Assembly: GCF_009914755.1 (NCBI RefSeq)
Contig: NC_060931.1
Source of the DNA: the human T2T-CHM13v2.0 reference genome, Homo sapiens
Reading direction: 5' to 3' (one strand)
DNA length: 64,000 nucleotides
Made by a program: the position numbers and the translations under genes. Under the pieces are notes generated by a model that saw only the letters and a program-made list of their open reading frames with translations, made no database searches and was not told the origin of the DNA. Positions 49,851 to 64,000 of this stretch are shown one piece after another. Each line of letters begins with the position of its first letter. The stretch's first letter is position 1.

Positions 49851-52800
49851 AAAATAATTATTATTTAATTTCCTTGAAGACTCCCTCCTCTCTGTGGACC
49901 CTATAGACCCTAACATTTGGCCTTCACAAAGTCAGTGAGCAATAAATAATTGCTGCAATCAACATAAGTCTTTGGATAAGAAATGTCTGAGATGAAAGCT
50001 TTGTTGAGTTTCTCTCTCTATCCCCCAGCCTCTAAGCTGTTGCCTTTTCACAGTAAAATGAATCTTTTGAAACAAAACCAAACTTAAGGAGGCTGATATA
50101 TCACTCAACGTCAGACTTGCTTATTTATAGGCAAGTCTTCAGTTTTGTGGAATCCTTTTTTTTTTTTTTAAAGTCTGAGATGCTGAGATGAACAGCATGT
50201 TATAGCTGGGGATGGGGAGGAGTGAGTTCAGTGCAGATAGGAGGAAAGAGATTAAGATTTTGGACCCTGAGTAACATATCTATTCATTGGTTTATTGTCT
50301 TTCTACACAGAATATAAGCTCCTTCAGATCAAATGCTTTAGTTGATTGGCTTACTGCTACATCCCCAGTGTAAAAACAGCCTCTGATACATAGTGAGCAT
50401 TGAATAAATATTCAGTCGATGAATGAATAAATAAATGAATGATGAATTTGAATTTGCCAACTCTAGAGCAGGGCAAGATATGAGAGGAACTCCTTCTCCC
50501 TCTTTTCTTTCTCTTGCTGAACTCAAAAGTCCTCCACTTCTCCTTTTTCCTGTACAAGTATCCCTTGATCTCTTTACTGTACTATCTCTTGGACTTCTGG
50601 CTAATGGTAATCATCATGCCACTTCTACATTAAAGTTGATTAATTATCTTTGATTAATTAACTATCATTGATTTCTCGTTATCATCAGCTCCTTTGTCTC
50701 ATTGAAGTCCTTAGCCTATAAACATTCTCAAGTATCTACCATAATAATAATAAAAATAACATCCTTTCCTAATCATTGTGCCTTTCTAATTACATCTCTT
50801 CTTTCTTATCCTCATTGTCACCATCATCTAACCTCTATTTCTGTTAAGGAATTTCCATTTTTAACAGATTGATCCTACCTAAAATTGAGCCATTCCTTTT
50901 ATAAATTTTTATATTGTAACTGGATTGGAAGATGTAGATTTTAAAATCTTGCTGATGGAATTTAAATACAGGAGTTTATGTATACGAGGCTCTCAAGAGA
51001 TGTTATCAACACACTAACAGGTACGCAACTTCCATAGAATTAGTTAGGCTGCCTGATGAGCATTTAATGTTTGTGAATTTATCTGAGACAGTTGATTAGA
51101 GCGATGTTAAATTTTTATAATGAAATATGCATATGGGTGAAAAATTGCTCATACTGAGAGAACTTAAACAAATTCAAATTTGTTTACATTAGATACATTT
51201 TAATGAAGGCTTGATGAAGCTCAAATTTCAACAAGTTATATTAAATGTCATATGTATCAAAGAATTAATCATTTTATAAGTGTCATTCTCTCTTGTTTTT
51301 TCAGATAGTGGCAGGAACTTCTGCTTCTTTCTCCCTCTAAGCAATTCTGTTTCTTGTTTAAATGGAATTGAAAATTCATATAAGATAAACCCTCTGAAAT
51401 GGAAAGCACTAAATACACTGACATTATAAAAAGGGCTTCCTGTTATCAACTCTGAGTCTGTGGCCTTTTGGGGTGAAAGGAATGTTTTGGTTTCGTTTTC
51501 CCCCTTGGCTTCCTTTAGATATTTTTTCCAAGGGATCTGTTCTCACTAAAAGAATGAGCTCATGTTCTAACATAGGATTTACGTTCTGTGGCAGAAACTA
51601 CACCAAATTTGGAAATTTGCAAGGTAAACAGAACTTTGTCAACTTTTGCACTTTTTGGAGACTTGTTCAAAATGTAACATTAAGCATTTTGACTTACCAC
51701 ATATGGAGTTCGGAAAGAAACGTGACAATAAAAGACTGAGTCGGCCATGTATAAGGATCTTAAAAAATTTTATTCAACTTTCAATTAAATTCACTAATAG
51801 AGGCTAGGGGTATTTACGATCCAAAATAATAGATGGATTAAAATAATTATCAAGAAGAACACATGGATTTGGCAGTGCAGAATGGGCCTTATCATGTTCC
51901 TTGACATATAACTACCTTTGGTGTCCCTAACCTTTATCTGGGTGTTCTCAGTAGGAACCCCTACCGTTCATTTATAGTGCAGGCCAGTCAGAGTAACTTG
52001 GTAAGAGGGAAACTCTGTAACTCTGCATATGACTGTTGAGAATAGATCTTACAATCTTCAGCACAGCTTTCAATCTCAAGCCTGTTAAGTATATTGAATA
52101 AGAAGCCTAGCAGATCATGGGTATGTTGTGAAATACGTTGGTCCAAATTCCAGCTTTATCCTAGCTATAGGACAACTGGTAAATTTTATCTACATTTTTA
52201 AATCCTCAGTTCTCTTGTTGGAAAACGTAACTAACCCCTATTTGTGGGAACTGAATAAAAATCATATGTTTGAAAGCATCAAGCATGGTTGTTGGCCAGA
52301 GTCAATGTTCAATAAATATTATGTGTGTCCTTTCTTCCCCTGAGAAGCTGGGTTTAAGCTCTCATCTCAAAAACAAGCACTGGGTATATGTTACATTATA
52401 TTTTCTTCAATAATGCATATGTAGCATGTATTTTTGATTGTCACCCTGTGTTTTCTTCGGTACATTTTGCTCAGGTAAATGTTTGAAGCTACTTGTCCAC
52501 TTTCCTTTTTGGCACCTATAGATACAGTCAAATGCAAGCATATTCCACGGGGTTTCCAGGGATGTGTATAATACTTCCTCATCTGCTCAAGAAAGTCACT
52601 TTGACTGCCAGGAGTCAGAATGCAACATATCTTCCCTCATTTATTAAACATAAATTATTCATAAATTTTGATATTTTAGTTCTTTTCATAGCCAGTCTCT
52701 TGTAACATACATCACAGCTGATCTTGACAAATTGAAGCTGGTAATTGCTGACCTGAGCATATTTTGAGTATGCTTGAGAGAGGGATTTGGGGTAGCCAAT

Positions 52801-55800
52801 CTAGGAAGAGTCAGGTGGAGCAAGAAGCCTGATGGTAATGTGTAACTATGGGAAGAAAATGGAATTTACTTAAAAAATAATATTGCTCCGGGGTCATAAT
52901 ATTTCTTATTTCTTTTGGCATAGGAAAAAGTAGGTGGCGTTAGGGTGGTGGTGCAGACTTCTAGAAACCACCAGAACAAACTGTTAAATTAGTTCATGTA
53001 TCTGAAACAGATCCTGCCGTGACCCATTCAGCCTTTCCAAGAGAAAGGGAAATTACCTGGGACTGAAATGGGGAATCCCAGTTTCCATAATGAAGAGTTG
53101 AGTGACCATGGACAAGTGACTTCTTTGTGTTTTATTTTCCTAGTCTGTGGTCCAGGGATTGAAATGCCTGTCACAGAGGTGCTATGGGATCTAATTAGAC
53201 ACTTTAGCTGAGAGTACTTTGAAAAACATTGAGATTATAAAAGACAGAGGAATATATATTTTCATATCCAAAAGAATGATATCATTAAAATATTCTCATT
53301 GCATTTGGTGCCTCTTGGGAAAAGAAGACACACACACACATATATATATATAAAACACAAATGTGATTACTGGAAACACTCTTTTCATTAAAAATTTATA
53401 GTATAGTGTGCTATACAAATGCCAAGTTATAAAGTTATGTTTCAAAATGCCACTAGGAGTCCAAAATTGTGCTGCTACAATTGAGTTTCCTCTTGATGTT
53501 TCACTGTTTCTTTAATAAGCAATAGGAAGTATAATAGCATTCCAATAGCTACAGCCCTAAGCCTACTTCTTCCCTAGTGGAAAATCTAGTATTAATTTAG
53601 CCAAAGTGCACAAATGCTTCAGGAAAAATGGAACAGGAAATTAACTTTTCTATAGTAGTGAAGGAACTACCCGACCTTAGCAAAGCATCAATCAGAAAGC
53701 TGACTTTCATACTGAGCAGTAAACCTTCCCTACTGGACACACCCAGAGGGCAGAAGTGATTTTGAATGTTTCCCTTTACTCCCCTCTCTGTTATTATCTT
53801 TAAGAACTATCTTTTGTTTTTCTGAATAAACAGTGAAAACATTAATAACACATCTGAAACTCCCAATCATACAAGCTAAACCTACTTATCTAAGTATTTT
53901 AGAACTACATAAGCTATTTTAAAAGCAGATAGGTTTGAGGCAGAGTTAGTTTTCTTGTGGGGGAGTATATGAAGATAGGGAAGAAAGGAGGTGAGTGTAC
54001 TATGTTTCTTTTAAAAAAACAATGATTAAAGTATGACCATGTTTGCTTTTAACAAACTTGTTTTGCCTGAGAGCAGATAAACTGTATTTGCGGAAATATA
54101 TTCTGTCAGACATATAAACTTCACAAGCTAGAATTGTCTCCTATTTTTCTTGTAAAATAATATCTTAAAAGGAAGCCCCTTTTCTGGGATATAAATAGGA
54201 GTATGTCTCATTATCCAATAATGTGTACGTAATCCTAAGCACATTTCCAAAGTAACCAAGCATTTATAGTAATGTAACCATACCCTGTGACATCTAGCAT
54301 TAAAACAAAACCTTCCAATAAATTACTGTCAGCTGGATCAGGGCAGAGACCAAGTTTACACAATTCCTGGCACATAATATGTCGAATGAATGGATGAACA
54401 AGATCTAGTGTAAGTTCATTGCGTATTCAGTATAGAACTCTCTGTGGTGGTCAGCAGTCCTTGAATTCTTCTTTCGTATTTTCCATTCAGCTCTTAAACT
54501 CTGATTATTCCCAAACAACGTCCCCACCCAGGTCTTCCTTCATTCAAAAGATGTCTTCACCTCCTGCCTTCCTAAGAAGACCAAAGCAATTTGTTTGACC
54601 ATCTAAGACATGATTTCCACTTTAGACCTGACTGAGACCTACTGCTAGACCCTTTAAGAATAAACTAGAACTCTAGGAAAGGAAATTCCTTTTCCAGCCA
54701 GCCACAGAAGAAAGCCAAAAGCTATTCTGCAACACAATTGATCCCATAAAGAAAGGATTAGAGAGTTTAAGGACTTGAAAACTTGATATCAGTATTAGAT
54801 CATGTATTATTCCTTCCTTTAGGAAAGAGTGCTTATATTTGGGAATTTTAGATATTGGCATTTCCTGCCAATTTTTGATTGTAGGAGCAAGAATCTGGCC
54901 ATCTGATACTTAAACATTCTAGAATGAATATGTAATTTGGAGATCTCCAGGGCTGATTTTGAAAGAATATGTGAGGTTTTGTTATGATACGTTAGTGTGA
55001 TTGTGCAGCATCTGGCAACATGAGCAGGAACAGGTAGACAGGGTAGAGTGGAGGCACCTCTCGAGGGAAAGCATGGGAGGGAGAGTTCTTGGATCTCAGT
55101 CAGGTTGGAGAAAGTGTTACCCAGGGTTGTCTCAAAGGAGAGCCAAGGTTGCATGTCAGTAATGGCCAGTAAACTGAAAGGACCAGATAAGAAGGCCACG
55201 GAGAGTGAATAGCCATGAGGGTAATAAGAGTAAGCAAGAAAACAGAATGAATGCCCAGACATAAATGTGTGCTGAAGGAAACTTGGTCTACTTCTTTTAT
55301 GTGGAATGTGGTACCTCTTCCCCACATTCTTCTTAATACCATGGTCCCTCCATGAATAGGATAAGGCAACGTTTCTCTGGGTTTGCCAGGTATGTGCCTC
55401 TATCCTGCAGCCCTTCATTCAACAAGAAGTGGAGCCGATCTTTACTGCCCTGGAGATGCAGAGCCACCTGCATGAAGGATGTTGGCTATCCATCCTTAAC
55501 CATCTGTTCAGCTCAAGGGAGCCCTGGATTTCTGGGGAAAATCCAGATGAACTGGTTGCTACATGCATCTGAATGCCAAGGGGAGAAGGCAGGAGCCAGA
55601 GATGCTATGCATGGGATTGACAATGTTAAACAGTTGAAATGGGCTTAGAACCTATCCTCCTCCTCCAGGGGGTATAAATGTGGTGACTGGATAGGCAGTG
55701 GATGGAGAATCTCTTAATCCCTAAATCAGTGCCTGAATTCTACCCTTACATCCGGCAGGTGTTCCATTAGGCTGGACTCTGCCCAGAGGAGGACATGTTT

Positions 55801-56473
55801 GCTCTGTGCCAGAAAGAGATTCTAGGCCGGCTGCCACAAGTTCGTTCATGATGACCCATTGCAGAACTCTGGGCTGTGTGTGTGTGTGCAGAAGTGAAAT
55901 GCAAAGGGGACAGCAGAGCTAGGAGAACAACTGAGGTCACAAACTGGGCAGGATGGAGGTGGGAGGATGAGAAGCACATTTTGTGGTTGGGAAAGTAGAT
56001 AGAGAAGAATGAAAATTGAATGGAGAATTAAAGCAAGGAATTCAGGAATTTCTAGGGGAACCCTTGGAAGACCCTAAGAGTAGACACTTGTGACCATATT
56101 TTCTGAGCGATAAACAGAGAATGTAATGTTTCATAAAGGGCTAATATCCTAATGTGTGAATTTATTTATAGAACATAACAAAGTAAAAATGAAGTCATAT
56201 GTAGTTGTACAATTAACAAATGGACTAATTTCTGGTCCAGCCCCCAAATCTAAGAAGTATGTTCACTGTATGTATGACATCATGCCCCTATGTATTTTTA
56301 TAATGATATGTTTGCTCTAGCACTGAGTTTTTATCAGAGAATAATCATAGAGATAATGGCTTATTTAGTATTTTAAAATTATTTAATGTCTCATATATAA
56401 ACACTACCTTTTTGTATCCTACATGTAATTTGACAGAACGCTTATGAAACAATATGATTAAATTTTAAAGGCT

Positions 56474-57044
56474 TGTGTTCTCATTGTTTAACTCCTGCTT
56501 ATGAGCGAGAACATGTGGAGTTTGGTTTTCTGTTCCTGTGTTAGTTTGCTGAGAATGATAGTTTCCAGCTTCATCCATGTCCCTGCAAAGGACATGAACT
56601 CATCCTTTTTTATGGCTGCATAGTATTCCACGGTGTTTACGTGCCACATTTTCTTTATCCAGTCTATCTTTGATGGGCATTTGGGTTGGTTCCAAGTCTT
56701 TGCTATTGTGAACAGTGCTGCAATAAACACATGTGCATGTGTCTTTTTAGTAGAATGATTTATAATCCTTTGGGTATATACCCAGTAATGGGATTGTTGG
56801 GTCAAATGGTATTTCTGGGAACATCACACACTGGGGTCTGTCGGCGGGTGGGGGGCTGGGGAGGGATAGCATCAGAAGAAATACCTAATGTAGATGACTG
56901 TTTGGGTACAGCAAACCACGATGGTACATGTATACCTATGTAACAAACCTGCACGTTCTGCACATGTATCCCAGAACTTAAAGTATAATAAAAAAATTTA
57001 GAAACGAACAAACAAAAAAAGCTGTTATTCCCCATTTAAAAAAA
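56474..57044. mobile_element. L1PA 3' insertion with 5' inversion (56474-56818 minus; 56817-~57000 plus)
   Basis: ORF2 C-terminus on the minus strand (ORF 56488-56805) joined to plus-strand 3'UTR ending aaagtataataaaa; TSD-like flanks. Confidence 0.92.
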
Positions 57045-59934
57045 ATTTAAGGGCTTTTACTTAAACTATGTTAATTTTTCAACATGTTCTTTTGTCTGAC
57101 AATTCTTTAAGATCTATTTCTCTAGTAATATCTTACGCTTGTGTGGGACTCCATATTTTGGAATGCTTTTGTCTAAACTGAGTCACTTTGGATTCTTACA
57201 GTAGCACAAAAAGTAGATGGAAGGTGTCAGTGCTCATTTACAGATGAAGAAAATGAAGTTCATCAAGTGGAACTTAATTAGTGTCAGCTGATCATGAGTG
57301 GGGTTGGGGGAAATAGAGACTTGAGATTCAGGAGGCTTTGTGTTGTGGCTGGAAAAGCCTCAAACTCAGATTCAGAGTCTCTGGCATCTGTGAAAATGTT
57401 TGGTCGACCGCATGATGCTTAGGTATTGATATTGTTGTTGTAATTGCCCCAATGCTCTTTCCTTTCTGCTATATTGCCTCTGTATAGACTTACTATTTTA
57501 AGGCTGAATTGCTGAATTAACTTGTTGTTTTGGCATCAGGGGACAGAGACTTGCTATTATATTAACATTTTTCAAAAGAACAAGGTCTTTCCTTGTCCTC
57601 TGCTTGTTATTTCATAATTGTGGATTGTCAATTCTCTATTTTCTTCATTACGGACGTCCTTTAACTACTGCTGACACTGTGGTAAGACTCAGAGGGCAAT
57701 AAGAAACCTCATAGAGTCAGCTGGAGAGCATTTACTTTAACACCAGCAAAAGCAATCAGGGCTTGGAGATAGAAAGAAAATAACTTCTTCCTTCTGTTAA
57801 GTGCTACGTGAGTGTCTGAGAAAGACAGGACAGGGATAGGGGAAGAGTCTAAGGAAGAGGAAAGCAGAGGGAAGGAGAAGAGACTAAAGAGGGACACACT
57901 CAGGAGTGATTTTCATTGGCTCCAAAATAGGGAATCACATCAAATTGTGTCAAAAAAGGAAAAAAAAAAGGTGAACTACGTTCTCTTTATCTTTTCAAGT
58001 TCTATCTTATTTTCAAGTTCTGTCTTATTCTTACAGACATAATGAAGGAAACTGTCAAGACCACCATCTCTCAGCTATCCCTGTGTTTTTGTAATCTCAG
58101 TTGGATCTGTGTTATGTCTGTGAGGTTACAGTAAATAGTAAACTGCTGACCCACAGCTGTGCAACGTGGGTGGCATCTCAAAGGAGCCTTGAAGAGGAGG
58201 CTGAAAAAGATACTTTTTCAGAAAAGAGAAAAGGGAAAATTTAGGAGAAGCAGAAAAGGGAAAGAGTATAGGTTCCTTCACATTGGTTGAAACGAATGAG
58301 CATTCCAGGGGAGGTGGAGGCTGGCAGACAACAATGAACACCAGGCACAGGAAGGCTAGAAGTCACAGCTGGTGATCCTAGATATGCACTTTAGGAGAAA
58401 ACACTGTCCTTGTGTTCTTAGTTTTGCCTTTAATTTCTTTCTGCCTCCAAGATTCACCCTATGCGTAGGGGTTAGCTTGGGGAAGGAAGGAGCCTCACTG
58501 GAGCCGAAGCTATACCCAGCATGATTCTACATTTGCTGGAGTTTGAAGCGTTGCGAAACTGTTCAGGTTGCTTTTTTTTTTTTTTTTTTTTGTCTTGCAA
58601 CTTGCACTCTTCCATTCTCCATTCTCTCCTCTCTTCTTCCTTCAGTTACACAGCTCTGTGTTGTACACCTTTTTCAGAAAGGCACCGTATGGTCCCAAAG
58701 TTTTGAGTGAGGAGAATGGGCATTAAACATTGAGGTTACCCAGGAATTCTCAGAGTTTACCTTCAGATTATATGTTTACTGTTTTATAGATTTGATGGAA
58801 AGTCTTCTGATAAGGAAAAATCATGACCGATCTATAAGGTATCAGTATTTCAGATGTGAACTAAGGCAACTAAGGCATTACAGCATTTATCATTAATTAA
58901 TTTCTAGCCTGGGATGTCCAAGTCAGGGTCTGCCCTGCTATTCCTTCTGTTTTCTTCTTTTGTGCCTTCTTCCCTTCTAATAGAAACTAGGCTTACAGAC
59001 TCCCTTTCTGTTTACTGAGTGTCTTCACAACAAATTAATTTTCCTGAAATTTTCTCTCCAATACTGGAATGTTTTCATTCTCTGTACCTTAGCTCTCTCT
59101 TTCTCAGTTACACATAGCATTATTTGACCATCCTGTTGCTGCTTCTCTTTGCTCTTTCTACACCAAATCAGGCTCCATAGAACAGAACTCACTGCTCAGG
59201 CCCTCACAGTTCTCTCTCTTCCCAGGCTTCCCCTGTATGGTTTAATGCCTCCTTAGGGCAGGTCTCAGGCATCCCTCTTATGGTTTAGTGACTCAGGTTA
59301 CTTTCACTGTTTTCTTTTCTTTTCTTTTCTTTCTTTCTTTCTTTACCTCTTTTTTTTAACCTCTTTTCTGCAATATGGAAGGGGTGGCTTGCGGTTTTTA
59401 GAAAATACTGCGATTCAGGTAGTAAAAGTCTCGCCTTCTGAAATTCTATCAGGGTACTCATCCATCCAGAAAACAAAACAAGAAAAGCACTCTTTTTCTG
59501 TCTATACTAAGTCCAGTTTTCCTCATCTGCCTCCTTCCTGACATGGCTTTAGTAAACCAAATCAAAGTTCTTCAAAGTCGGACCTACGTATAAAGACCAG
59601 CATAGAGTTATCAACCTTTAAATTCTCCACTACTCACCGCATTTAGGTTTCCTACTAGCTACTTAACAAGATAATAAGTAGCATTGCATTGCTCCATTTT
59701 TATCATCATTGCCAGTCATTTCTTGTTTCCTATCTGACGCTATTTGCCACTCACAATAAAAAGTATTATGGTACTGGCCTTCAAGGTCAACAGCAAGGAC
59801 CTTCAAGAGAAAAAAGACAATTCTTCAAGGCAAGGAAAAGATAGGAAGATAAATTACTGATTTAATTTAATTACTTATTTTCTTTCATACACAATATTCA
59901 CAATATAGGCAAGCATTAGTTATAATAGACTTAC

Positions 59935-59989
59935 TTTGGATTAATCATTTTGGATTAATTTGGATTAATTTGGATTAATTTGGATTAAT
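59935..59989. repeat. (TTTGGATTAA)n 10-mer tandem repeat, ~5 units
   Basis: Directly visible; four tandem units plus one offset unit. Confidence 0.95.
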
Positions 59990-60678
59990 CAGAATCAAAA
60001 GACTAATCACCAAATCATCTAAAAGAGCTCCTGGATCATTCTTTAACAAACCAGAACTCTTATCTCCATAGGAAATTATGTGATTTCATTAATGGTTTAT
60101 TGCTCTTCTTGCAAAACACTAGCCCTCCTAGTGAGGGCTAGAACCTGGATAGGGTGCTTCACTGTTGCATTCCCAGACCCTAAGACCATGCCTGTTACCT
60201 AGAAAATGCTCAAAAATGTTAAATAGACAAATGAAAGAATGATGAGAACAAGCCAGAGGACAGAGGCAGAATCGGTTTTGCCATCCAAAATCTGTCCCAC
60301 TGGGTGCTTTTCTTCAGTATCTCTCAGCAATCCCAGCCCAGGTGCAGGACAGGCACGTTGCTGAGATCTCCCTCAGGTCCCTTAGCTCAGTGTTTCCACA
60401 GCATGCTATGCCTCCTGACTTACTGGGTTTATCCTAGTTTATTATAACTAGTTGCTTATGTCTGATTTTCTTGGTGGGCTGTTAGCTCCTTAAAGGCAGA
60501 GGATTTACTGTGGATTCCAAGCTCTTTCATGTTTGATGTTTTGCCATGTGGATGTGAAGGAAGTGCAGCACAGCAAGGAAATTTAATATATTAGATAGAG
60601 GGTGGTTGGAGTGTTGGACCATGGAATCTGAACTGCAGAGAGAGAGGCTGAGGAAAAAGGAGGCCAGTAGAAAGTTCA

Positions 60679-61011
<333 letters not shown>

Positions 61012-61600
61012 CTAAAGAACTAATAAATTTGAAATAAATGAGAAGAGCCAGACACTTCAGTGCAATCAAAGAATGGAATATCTCATTTTATAATTTCAGG
61101 GGAGGGGCTGTTCTGAGACCACAATGTCTAAGATATGGCCATTGGAGCAGGTGTTTGAAACGAAGTGGAGGAGAGTCACTGGAGATGAAGAGGTCATGAA
61201 TATTTTATGGTTTGAGATGCAAATATTGAACCTTTGACTGAAATATTCTGGTAGATTTTTTTCCACCTAATAGTTAAATAATTAAAGGGCATGCATGTAT
61301 TTATAAAAAATAAGCTCATACTTTACATTTATGTATTCATTCATTTGCTCATTTATTCATCCATTCCTTCTTATTTAGAACCTGGCAGTAAGTTGCATAT
61401 ACAACAATGGCCAAAGCAGACAAATCTAGGCCCTCATGGAACAGAGTAGTAGGAGAAGTGGACATTAAACAAATAATATATAGTTATACATTGTGAAGTG
61501 TGCCCTTGGGAAAATTACATTGAGGGATATAGGTGATAATGGGTTTTGGTGATGCCTGTTTAAGTGGGTGCTATTTCATCAAAGCTCTATTGGGAATACA

Positions 61601-61993
<393 letters not shown>

Positions 61994-62884
61994 TAGATGT
62001 TGAAGGTTGGGATAGCCCCAAAGTACGGTTTGGGAGTACAGTCAGAAGATGCTCAGTGATCTGGAGTAGTTCTGAGAAATGTGTAGCCCTCCCATCATCA
62101 GCTTGAGATTCAGTTAAGTCAGCTGTAAGATGCAAACAGAAGTACACTAAAGCTTCATTTGGAGAGGGACATGCTTTCAAGCCTCACCTTGCATATCCAG
62201 AAACCTGTGGTCCCTAAAGTGTCCTGCAATTATAACATAAGTTTTAAATAGAAAATGTATATGATATAGATCCTAGAAAATTCCTTCCATTTACTTCTTA
62301 CATTCCCTAAAATAAGAGTACATTTCACCAGTGGGGAAAAGAATCTGTATTTTATTCTTACAGTGCAAAAATGAACACATAATTCACTATGATAGACTCT
62401 ATAATATTTCTAAAATGCCAAAATCTGGACCAGGAAGGCAATTTAACTTTTAGTCATATATAACACACATCCAAAGTCTACTATATGATTTGTATTTGAA
62501 CATCAAAAGATGTCATAAATACATGGCTACTTTAATAAATCCAGAAAAAAATCTTTCTGCTATGTGAAAAAAAAAACAAGTTTTATTTTTCAGCCTTACT
62601 ATATTTTGAAGAGCTATATTTCTTGGCTTCACGGTAAGTCTTAGTAAAGATTTTTAAATGTGTAAGTAACTGAGAAATATAGTACTTTTATAAAGTAGCT
62701 CTTTATTCAATTTTTACTGTAAATTCATTATTTTGCTTAAATATTTAACTCTATATTTGTCATTCTTGCTAGTATTTACAATTCTATTGAAATAAATTTG
62801 TTAATACAAGTCTTAACCACTTTCTGTTCCCAGTCTTCCATGGCTGTATTTATAACAAAGACTTCTACACATTGAAGGAAAAGA

Positions 62885-63045
62885 TGTTTGTATTCACTCA
62901 TTCAAAGAATATTTATTATGTGTCTCTTATATGCCAAGTACTGTTTTTAGGCTGGGAAAGCAAAAGTGAACAAAATGGTCAAAAACATGTGCTTTCATTT
63001 AGCTTCCATCCTGGTATGGAGAGACAGAAAATAAACATAAGTTTC
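62885..63045. mobile_element. L2 3' end fragment
   Basis: ttcactcattcaaagaatatttattatgtg...tatatgccaagtactgttttta. Confidence 0.55.
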
Positions 63046-64000
63046 CAAGATATGGGAGGCCCAGGAAAAAAATCAAATAAATTTAATAAGTAAACAAATT
63101 ATATTTATGCATTAAAACATAATCGCTCCTGTAGAGGAAAACATATATCAGGTATATGGAATCATACACATTATTGCAAAAATGCTTTTTAGGACATAGA
63201 TCAAACCAAATTAATTGAAAGGCTTATGGAATTTCGAATATAAAGTTACAATATAATATTATTACTCAGTTTTATTTATATATATTTAACATAATTTATT
63301 GGTGAGACACCACGTTGGACCCTTTCATATTGAAAATTCATTTAATTCCCAATACAACCTCATATAGTAGGATTTGTTACTTCATTTACACATGTGAGAA
63401 AACTCTGATGTGTGTAGATTAATTAATTTAGCTCAGTAGATGAAGCAAGCAAGTGATGGGGCCAGAATTCAAATCCAGATTTTTGATTCCCAATCTTCTC
63501 TTTTTACTCTACTTTGCTGCATCCAATGCTCCCAGTACTTTATGACAACATTCTGTCCTTTGCTTTATCTCAGATGGCATAAAGTTTTCAGATTTTGACA
63601 TCCTTTCAGTAAAAATAAAAAGTGTCCAGTTATAAAACAACTTTTATGTAGTCTAGCAAAGGGATTTCTAAGGAAATATTTTGCAACTCTCTCAAGATGA
63701 GAGAGAGGCAAGTGAACACTCAGAATTAACATTATGTAACACTCATTCTTTTCTAAATTCTGGGCCAGCAGTGTTGTGTCAAGTGAAGTTGTTGTAGTGG
63801 TGGCCAGGTGAAATGTATTCTCTTCCATTAAAAATATACCTTTGGAATTGTGGGAATAATCAGGACCTCTTATTTCTAAAAGTGCTGCTATTAGCATTTG
63901 ATGATCTCGCACTTGCTAGTGCGGTTGACATAATTGTTCACATCGTTTTAATTTCACATACGCAATGTGTGCACCTGTTGTCAGACCGGCTAAAACTGTT

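Noticed and set aside
60119-60141. 9-bp hairpin CTAGCCCTC/GAGGGCTAG
   Set aside because: Too short to be significant in 64 kb; no supporting context.

Overview
Primate (almost certainly human, 7q31) genomic DNA, not a prokaryotic accessory region. The + strand holds the complete ING3 gene. I assembled its 12 coding exons by hand from GT-AG boundaries: 1257 nt, 418 aa, with an N-terminal ING coiled-coil and a C-terminal C4HC3 PHD finger. ING3 has a CpG-island promoter, an alternative terminal exon in intron 4 and tandem poly(A) sites. About 11 kb of repeat-rich intergenic DNA follows, then the 5' end of CPED1: a non-coding exon 1, first coding exon 2, and a long intron that runs off the window. 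The rest is Alu, L1, L2, MIR, MaLR and MER20 elements, simple repeats and one 5S rRNA pseudogene. I found no evidence of a new multi-gene system, CRISPR array or novel protein family; most ORFs in the track are repeat-derived or chance. The most unusual observations are: (1) a nested cluster of perfect inverted repeats at 30.85-31.06 kb, (2) eight uATGs including an overlapping uORF in the CPED1 leader, (3) a tailless 5S retrocopy inside an L1, (4) a young L1 and an AluY lacking target-site duplications (TSDs), (5) a twin-primed inverted L1, (6) a G-quadruplex, a Pumilio site and tandem poly(A) signals in the ING3 3'UTR, and (7) a (TTTGGATTAA)n homeodomain-site array. Repeat subfamily calls and boundaries were made by eye and are approximate.
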